NCBI RefSeq assembly: GCF_040807025.1
Contig: NC_090973.1
Coordinates: 853,853-917,852, forward strand
Source: Struthio camelus
Taxonomy: Eukaryota
Direction of reading: 5' to 3'
DNA: 64,000 nt
This document shows positions 57,280 through 64,000 of the stretch, in pieces (position 1 is the stretch's first letter; each line of letters opens with the position of its first letter). The notes under the pieces are model-generated. The model saw only the letters and a list, made by a program, of their open reading frames with translations. It did not search any database and had not been told where the DNA came from. The translations under genes and the position numbers were made by a program.

Positions 57280-58560
57280 ACGGCGACGGGGGCCCTTGGG
57301 CATCCCCTCGTCACCACGGCGACGGGCCCCCTCCCATCCCGGGGTCACCACGGCAACGGGGCCCCTCCCATCCCGGGATCACCATGGCGACAGTGCCCCT
57401 CCCATCCCAGGGTCACCACAGCAACGGGGCCCCCTCCCATCTTGAGGTCACCATGGCGACGGGGCCCCTCCCATCCCGGGGTCACCACAGCGACGGGGCC
57501 CCTCCCATCCTGAGGTCCCTCCCATCTTGGGGGTCACCATGGCGACAAGGCCCCTCCCATCCCGGGGTCACCATGGTGACGGGACCCCTCCCGTCCCAGG
57601 GTTACCATGGCAACAGGGCCCCACCCATCTTGGGCTCCCTCCCATCTTGGGGTCCCCATGGCAACAGGGTCCCTCCCATCCCGGCCTCACCATGGCAACA
57701 GGGCCCCTCCTATCCCGGAGTCACCATGGCGACGGGCCCCCTCCCATCCCGGGGTCACCACGGCGACGGGGCCCCTCCCATCTTGAGGTCCCTCCCATCT
57801 TGGGGGTCACCATGGCAACAGGGCCCCTCCCATCCCAGGGTTACCATGGCAACAGGGTCCCTCCCACCCCGGGGTCACCACGGTGACGGGCCCACTCCCA
57901 TCCCGGGGTCACCACGGCGACGGGGGCCCTTGGGCATCCCCTCGTCACCACGGTGACGGGCCCCCTCCCACCCCGGGGTCACCACGGCGACGGGGCCCCT
58001 CCCCAGGGGGTGGCGAGGCCCCTCCCACCCCAGGGCTACCACGGCGACAGGGCCCCTCCCACCCCGGGGTCACCACGGTGACGGGCTCCCTCCCACCCCG
58101 GGGTCACCACGGCGACAGGGCCCCTCCCCAGGGGGTGGCGAGGCCCCTCCCACCCCGGGGTCACCACGGCGACAGGGCCCCTCCCCAGGGGGTGGCGAGG
58201 CCCCTCCCACCCCGGGGTCACCACGGCGACAGGGCCCCTCCCCAGGGGGTGGCGAGGCCCCTCCCACCCCGGGGTCACCACGGCGACGGGGCCCCTCCCC
58301 AGGGGGTGGCGAGGCCCCTCCCACCCCGGGGTCACCACGGCGACGGGGCCCCTCCCCAGGGGGTGGCGAGGCCCCTCCCACCCCGGTCGCCACGGCGACA
58401 GGGCCCCTCCCCAGGGGGTGGCGAGGCCCCTCCCACCCCAGTCACCCCGGCGACAGGGCCCCTCCCCAGGGGGTGGCGAGGCCCCTCCCACCCCGGTCGC
58501 CACGGCGACAGGGCCCCTCCCCAGGGGGTGGCGAGGCCCCTCCCACCCCGGTCGCCCCGG
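57280..58560. repeat. GGGGTCACCACGGCGACGGGGCCCCTCCCATCCC (~36 bp), then ~60-bp GGGGGTGGCGAGGCCCCTCCCACCCC
   Basis: RUSF1 intron. Confidence 0.82.
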
Positions 58561-58581
58561 CGACCGCCCCCCCCCCGTCAC

Positions 58582-58687
58582 CTTGGCGGCGCCGGCCAGG
58601 CAGAGCAGGGCGGGGGCGCCCGGGGGCCAGGCGGGGGCCGCCAGCTCCAGCAGCAGCGCCCCGTCGTTCAGCACGTCCGCCGCCAGC
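58582..58687 (-). CDS. RUSF1: RUSF1 exon: (R)LAADVLNDGALLLELAAPAWPPGAPALLCLAGAAK
   Basis: Same length as human RLFADILNDVAMFLEIMAPVYPICFTMTVSTSNLAK and colinear with it. Acceptor cccgagcag, donor GTGACG. Confidence 0.75.
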
Positions 58688-58699
58688 CTGCTCGGGGGG

Positions 58700-59620
58700 C
58701 GGGGCCCGCCGCGGAGGGGGCGGGGTCAGCCGGGGCGGGGGCGGGGTCGGCCGCGGAGGGGGCGGGGCCGGATGGGGGCGGGGTCAGCCGGGGCGGGGGC
58801 GGGGCCAGCTGGGGGCGGGGGCGGGGGCAGCTGGGGGCGGGGCCAGCTGGGGGTGGGGGCAGCTGGGGGCGGGGCCAGCTGGGGGCGAGGGCAGCTGGGG
58901 GCGAGGGCAGCTGGGGGCGGGCTCAGCCAGGCTGGGGGTGGGGTCAGCCAGGGGGGAAGGGTCAGCGGGGGGCGGGGCCAGCTGGTGGGGGGCGTGGTCA
59001 GCCGGTGAGGGGGTGGGGCCAGCCGGTGAGGGGGCGGGGTCAGTTGGTGAGGGGGCGGGGTCAGCCGGTGAGGGGGCGGGGTCAGTTGGTGAGGGGGCGG
59101 GGCCAGCTGGTGGGAGGTGGGGTCAGTCAGTGAGGGGTGGGGTCAGTCAGTGAGGGGCGGGGCCAGCTGGTGGGGGCGGGGCCAGCCGGTGAGGGGGTGG
59201 GGCCAGCTGGTGGGGGCGGGGTCAGCTGGTGAGGGGGCGGGGCCAGCTGGTGAGGGGGGCGGGGCCAGCCAGTGAGTGGGCGGGGTCAGATGGGGCAGGT
59301 CAGCCAGTGAGTGGGCGGGGTCAGCTGGTGGGGGTGGGGCCAGTCGGTGGGGGGCGGGGCCGGGTAGTGGGGGGCGGGGCCGGCCGGCAGAGTGTGAGGC
59401 GGGGGCGGGGCCAGCTGGTGGGGGCGGGGCCACCGGCAAGGAGCAGGCCAGCCATGGGGGGGTTGGGTCAGCTGGCAGGGGCGGGGCCTGCTATGAGTGG
59501 GCGGGGCCAGGAGTCTGGGGGCAGGGCCAGGAGTCTGGGGGCGGGGCCAGGGGTCTGGGGGCGGGGCCAGGAGCCCAGGGTGGGGGTGTGGGCGGGGCTA
59601 GGAAGCAGGGGGGCGGGGCC
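58700..59620. repeat. ~21-22-bp G-rich (GGGGCGGGGCCAGCTGGTGAG)n
   Basis: RUSF1 intron. Confidence 0.82.
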
Positions 59621-59636
59621 GGGGGCGGGGACTCAC

Positions 59637-59669
59637 CGCCATTGCTTGGCCTCGCAGTCGAGGGTGCTC
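59637..59669 (-). CDS. RUSF1: RUSF1 micro-exon (33 bp): (G)STLDCEAKQW+cg
   Basis: Matches SKLDCNAKQWR. Acceptor ccctcccccccag, donor GTGAGT. Confidence 0.75.
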
Positions 59670-59689
59670 CTGGGGGGGGAGGGGGGAAG

Positions 59690-60500
59690 CGAGAGTGACC
59701 TTTGACCCCCCCAGTGCCCTCCCAGTAACCCCCAGTTACGTCCCAGTGCCTCCCACTACCCCCCCCGGAGCCTTCCCAGTGCCCTCCCAGTTCCCTCCCA
59801 GTGCTCCCAGTGCCCTCCCAGTGCTCCCAGTGCCTCCCAGTTCCCTCCCAGTACCCTCCCAGTGCTCCCAGTGCCTCCCAGTTCCCTCCCAGTGCTCCCA
59901 GTGCCCTCCCAGTAGCCTGCCTTCCCTCCCAGTTTCTCCCAGTTATCTCCCAGTCCCTATCCCAGCACCTTCCAGTCCCTCCTATTAGTCCCCAATCCCC
60001 TCCCAGTGCCCTCCCAGTGCTCCCAGTCACTTCCCAGTGCTCCCAGTGCTCTCCCAGTGCCCTCCCAGTACTCCCAGTGCCCTCCCAGCGCCCCCAGTTC
60101 CCTCCCAGCACCCTCTCAATGCTCCCAGTGCCCTCCCAGTGCTCCCAGTGCCCCCAGTTCCCTCCCAGTGCCCTCCCAGTGCCCTCCCAGTGCTCCCAGT
60201 GCCCTCCCAGCACCCCCAGTGCCCTCCCAGCACCCTCCCAATGCTCCCAGTGCCCTCCCAGTGATCCCAGTGCCCCCAGTTCCCTCCCAGTGCCCTCCCA
60301 GTGCCCCCCAGTGCTCCCAGCGCCCCCCCAGTGCCCCCCCAGTGCTCCCAGTGCCCTCCCAGCGCCCTCCCAGTGCTCCCAGTGCCCTCCCAGTCCCCCC
60401 CCAGTGCCCTCCCAGTGCTCCCAGTGCCCCCCCAGTCCCCTCCAAGTGCCCTCCCAGTGCTCCCAGTGCCCCCCCAGTCCCCTCCCAGTGCTCCCAGTGC
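59690..60500. repeat. 21-bp family (CCCAGTGCCCTCCCAGTGCTC)n. A related array resumes at 63744-64000
   Basis: RUSF1 introns. Confidence 0.82.
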
Positions 60501-60519
60501 CCCCAGTGCCCCAGCTCAC

Positions 60520-60565
60520 CCCTGCAGCCAGGCGAAGGCGATGCGCGCCACCATGCCCAGCCCGT
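60520..60565 (-). CDS. RUSF1: RUSF1 exon: (D)GLGMVARIAFAWLQ+gg
   Basis: Matches STGMLGRIVFAWWKG. Acceptor gtgtcgcag, donor GG|GTGAGC. Confidence 0.75.
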
Positions 60566-60579
60566 CTGCGACACCCGAG

Positions 60580-62140
60580 GGGGGGGGTCAGGGTGCCCCC
60601 GGGGGGGTCGGGGTGCTCGGGGGGGGTCAGGGTGCCCCGGGGGGGGTCACGGTGCCCCCAAGGGGGTCAGGGTGCCCCCGGGGGGGTCGGGGTGTCCCGG
60701 GGGGGTGTCAGGGTGCCCCCGGGGGGGTCAGGGTGCTCGGGGGGGGGATCAGGGTGCCCCAGGGGGGTCGGGGTGCCCCCGGGGGGGTCAGGGTGCTCTG
60801 GGGGGGGTCAGGGTGCCCCGGGGGGGTGGGGGTGCTCAGGGGGGGGGTCAGGGTGCCCCAGGGGGGTCGGGGTGTCCCGGGGGGCTGTCAGGGTGCTCTG
60901 GGGGGGGTCAGGGTGCTCCCGGGGGGGTCAGGGTGCTCTGGGGGGGTCAGGGTGCTCGGGGGGGGGGTCAGGGTGCCCCCGGGGTGGGGTCAGGGTGCCC
61001 CCAGAGGGTGTCAGGGTGCTCTGGGGAGGTCGGGGTGCCCCCAAGGGGGTCAGGGTGCCCCCGGGGGGGTCGGGGTGCTCGGGGGGGTGTCAGGGTGCCC
61101 CCGGGGGGGTCAGGGTGCTCGGGGGGGGGATCAGGGTGCCCCAGGGGGGTCGGGGTGTCCCAGGGTGTCAGGGTGCCCCCGGGGGGGTCGGGGTGCCCCC
61201 AAGGGGGTCAGGGTGTCCCGGGGGGGTGTCAGGGTGCCCCCGGGGGGGTCAGGGTGCTCGGGGGGGGATCAGGGTGCCCCAGGGGGGTCGGGGTGCCCCC
61301 GGGGGGGTCAGGGTGCTCTGGGGGGGGTCAGGGTGCCCCGGGGGGGTCAGGGTGCCCCGGGGGGGTCAGGGTGCTCTGGGGGGGTCAGGGTGCTCGGGGG
61401 GGGGTCAGGGTGCCCCCGGGGTGGGGTCAGGGTGCCCCCAGGGGGTGTCAGGGTGCTCTGGGGGGGTCGGGGTGCCCTCAAGGGGGTCAGGGTGCCCCCG
61501 GGGGGGTCGGGGTGCTCGGGGGGGTGTCAGGGTGCCCCCGGGGGGGTCAGGGTGGTCGGGGGGGGGGATCAGGGTGCCCCAGGGGGGTCGGGGTGTCCCA
61601 GGGTGTCAGGGTGCCCCCGGGGGGGTCGGGGTGCCCCCAAGGGGGTCAGGGTGTCCCGGGGGGGTGTCAGGGTGCCCCCGGGGGGGTCAGGGTGCTCGGG
61701 GGGGGATCAGGGTGCCCCAGGGGGGTCGGGGTGCCCCCGGGGGGGTCAGGGTGCTCTGGGGGGCGTCAGGGTGCCCCGGGGGGGTGGGGGTGCTCGGGGG
61801 GGGGTCAGGGTGCCCCAGGGGGGTCGGGGTGTCCCGGGGGGCTGTCAGAGTGCTCTGGGGGGGGGGTCAGGGTGCTCCCGGGGGGGATCAGGGTGCTCTG
61901 GGGGGGTCAGGGTGCCCCGGGGGGGTCGGGGTGTCCCGGGGGGTCAGGGTGCCCCCGGGGGGGTCGGGGTGTCCCGGGGGGCTGCCAGGGTGCTCTGGGG
62001 GGGGTCAGGGTGCCCCGGGGGGGTCAGGGTGCTCAGGGAGGGGTCAGGGTGCCCCCAAGGGGGGGGGTCAGGGTACCCTGGGGGGGTGTCAGGGTGCCCC
62101 CGGGGGGGGGGTCAGGGTGCCCCCAGGGGGTGTCAGGGTG
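60580..62140. repeat. 20-bp (GGGGGGGTCAGGGTGCCCCC)n, about 75 copies
   Basis: RUSF1 intron. Confidence 0.9.
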
Positions 62141-62149
62141 CTCTGGGGG

Positions 62150-63040
62150 GGGTCCAGGGGGTCCAAGGGCATTGGGGGGGGCTCCGGGGGGCTCGGGGGG
62201 GCTCTGGGGTGTTTTGGGGGGCTCCGGGGTGTTTTGGGGGGCTGCAGGGGGTCTGGGGGGCTCTGGGGGGATTGGGGGGGGTCCGGGGTGTTTTGGGGGG
62301 CTGCGGGGGGTCCGAGGGGCTCCGGGGGGATTGGGGGAGGTCTGGGGGTGTTTTGGGGGGCTCCGGGGGGTCCAAGGGGCTGCGGGGGGCTGCGGGGGGG
62401 TCTGGGGTGTTTTGGGGGCTCCGGGGGGATTGGGGGGGGTCCGGGGTGTTTTGGGGGGCTCTGGGGGGTCCGAGGGGCTCCGGGGGGCTCTGGGGGGGTC
62501 CGGGGTGTTTTGGGGGGCTGCGGGGGGCTCCAGGGGGCTCGAGGGGGCTCTGGGGGGCTCTGGGGTGTTTTGGGGGGCTGCGGGGGGCTGTGGGGGGGTC
62601 CGGGGTGTTTTGGGGGGCTGCAGGGGGTCCGAGGGGCTCCGGGGGGGTCTGGGGTGTTTTGGGGGGCTCCGGGGGGTCCGAGGGGCTCCGGGGGGGTCCG
62701 GGGGGGTCTGGGGTGTTTTGGGGGGCTCCGGGGGGGCTCGGGGGGGGTCCGGGGTGTTTTGGGGGGCTGCGGGGGGTCCGAGGGGCTCCGGGGGCTCCGG
62801 GCTGTTTTGGGGGGCTGCAGGGGGTTGGGGGGGCTCCGGGGTGTTTTGGGGGGCTCCGGGGGGTCCGAGGGGCTCCGGGGGGCTCCGGGGGGGTCCAGGG
62901 TGTTTTGGGGGGCTTCGGGGGGCTTCGGGGGGCTCCGGGGGGCTCCGGGGGCTCCGGGGTGTTTTGGGGGGCTCCGGGGGGTCCGAGGGGCTCCGGGGGG
63001 GTCCGGGGGGCTCCGGGGTGTTTTGGGGGGCTGCGGGGGG
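62150..63040. repeat. GGGGGCTCCGGGGTGTTTTGGGGGGCTGC family
   Basis: RUSF1 intron. Confidence 0.82.
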
Positions 63041-63054
63041 GGGGCAGCACTCAC

Positions 63055-63169
63055 CGCGCAGCAGCCAGGTCAGGGTGGCCCCGGTGACGGTGGCGGCGCT
63101 GTCACCCACCCCCAGCGCGGCCAGAGCCGCCCGGGCCGCCAGGGTGCCCATCAGCGAGGAGCACAGCGC
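63055..63169 (-). CDS. RUSF1: RUSF1 (C16orf58) exon, most 5' one visible: ALCSSLMGTLAARAALAALGVGDSAATVTGATLTWLLR+g
   Basis: Matches human ...VQAFASSLSGSLATQAVLLGIGVGNAKATVSAATATWLVKD. Donor GTGAGTG at 63054-63048. The 5' boundary (acceptor ggtgcag at 63172-63170) is uncertain. Upstream exons are probably beyond 64000. Confidence 0.65.
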
Positions 63170-63174
63170 CTGCA

Positions 63175-63740
63175 CCAGTACAAACCAGTACAAACCAGTA
63201 CAAACCAGTACACACCAGTACAAAGCATTACTAACCCCTATACCGCACCACAACCCAGTATAGACCAGTTATGCCCCCCCCACCGCCAGCAAGAAGCCCA
63301 GCACCTGCACCAGCACAGACCAGTATACACCAGTATGGACCAGTATACACCGCTGCAAACCCCCACCACCCAGTACCGACCAATATGGACCACTACAAAC
63401 CAGTACAGAGCACTAACACCCCCCCCCGCTGCTCTCAAGCACCAGAGCACCTGCACCAGTATAGACCAGTATGGACCAGTATGCTCCAGTACAGACCAGT
63501 ATCCCTCACTGCAAACCCCCCCACACTAGTACTGACCAATACAAACCAGTACACACCAGTAGCCCTGACTAATACTATTTCCACCATTAACAAGCAGCTG
63601 GATACCCGCACCAGTACAGACCAATATGCACCAGTATGAACCAGTACAGACCAGTCCGGCCCCACCCGTAGCACTGCACAAGAGTTAAACCCAGTGCAGA
63701 CCAATACAGACCAGTTCATACCAGGACACACCAGTAACAC
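63175..63740. repeat. 10-bp microsatellite (CCAGTACAAA / CCAGTATAGA / CCAGTATGGA)n, moderate GC
   Basis: Immediately 5' (minus sense) of the RUSF1 exon at 63169. Confidence 0.82.
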
Positions 63741-64000
63741 CCCTCACCAGCGGTTGCACCACTCATGCCCTCCCAGTGCCTCCCAGTGCTCCCAGTCCCC
63801 CCCAGTGCCTTCCAGCCCCCCTCCCAGTGGCTCCCAGTGCCTCCCAGTCCCCTTCCCAGTGCCTCCCAATGCCCCCCAGTGCTCCCAGTGCCTCTCAGTC
63901 CCCTTCCCAGTGCCTCCCAGTGCCCCCCAGCCCCTCCCAGGGGCTCCCAGTGCCTCCCAGTGCCTCCCCAGTGCCTTCCAGTCCCCTCCCAATGCCTCCC

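Noticed and set aside
63175-63253. Extending the 5'-most RUSF1 exon upstream through LYWFVLVQ (ORF start 63253)
   Set aside because: That stretch is encoded by the CCAGTACAAA 10-bp microsatellite and aligns poorly to human LPYQLWDSVQ. The acceptor at 63170 is preferred but uncertain.
1-64000. Prokaryotic features (operons, RBS, defence systems, mobile elements)
   Set aside because: The window contains intron-bearing orthologs of vertebrate genes with GT-AG splice sites. No transposase, integrase or bacterial gene signature is visible.

Overview
This window is not prokaryotic. It is an extremely GC-rich vertebrate locus, most consistent with a bird or other sauropsid 'dark' microchromosome region, although I cannot name the species. 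More than 80% of the sequence is short-unit tandem repeats with 10, 20, 21, ~52, ~60, ~105-120, ~135 and ~167 bp monomers. Hidden among these arrays are four protein-coding genes orthologous to the human 16p11.2 cluster. (1) TGFB1I1 (Hic-5, paxillin family), minus strand: exons 1 and 2 lie in the window and the rest of the gene runs beyond base 1. (2) ARMC5, minus strand, 20524 down to 7265: seven coding exons, the last with a candidate in-frame Pro/Ser-rich coding minisatellite plus an acidic 21-bp-repeat C-terminal tail. (3) SLC5A2 (SGLT2 Na+/glucose cotransporter), plus strand, 23494 to 44543: 15 exons, all GT-AG, a 606-codon ORF, and every intron packed with satellite. (4) RUSF1 (C16orf58), minus strand, 63169 down to 44640: 12 exons visible, with its N-terminal exons beyond the window end. 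ARMC5 and SLC5A2 lie head-to-head across a 2.3-kb 20-bp satellite, whereas in human ARMC5, TGFB1I1 and SLC5A2 lie in tandem. SLC5A2 and RUSF1 are tail-to-tail with stop codons 96 bp apart. One 18-bp core, CCCGGACRCCTGGGYCCC, seeds arrays in at least nine introns or intergenic spacers in both orientations and directly abuts the TGFB1I1 and SLC5A2 promoters. All exon calls rest on my translation of the given sequence aligned against human protein sequences as I remember them, plus canonical splice motifs. None has been checked against a database or RNA data. The many long ORFs in the six-frame track are artefacts of stop-codon-poor GC-rich repeats.
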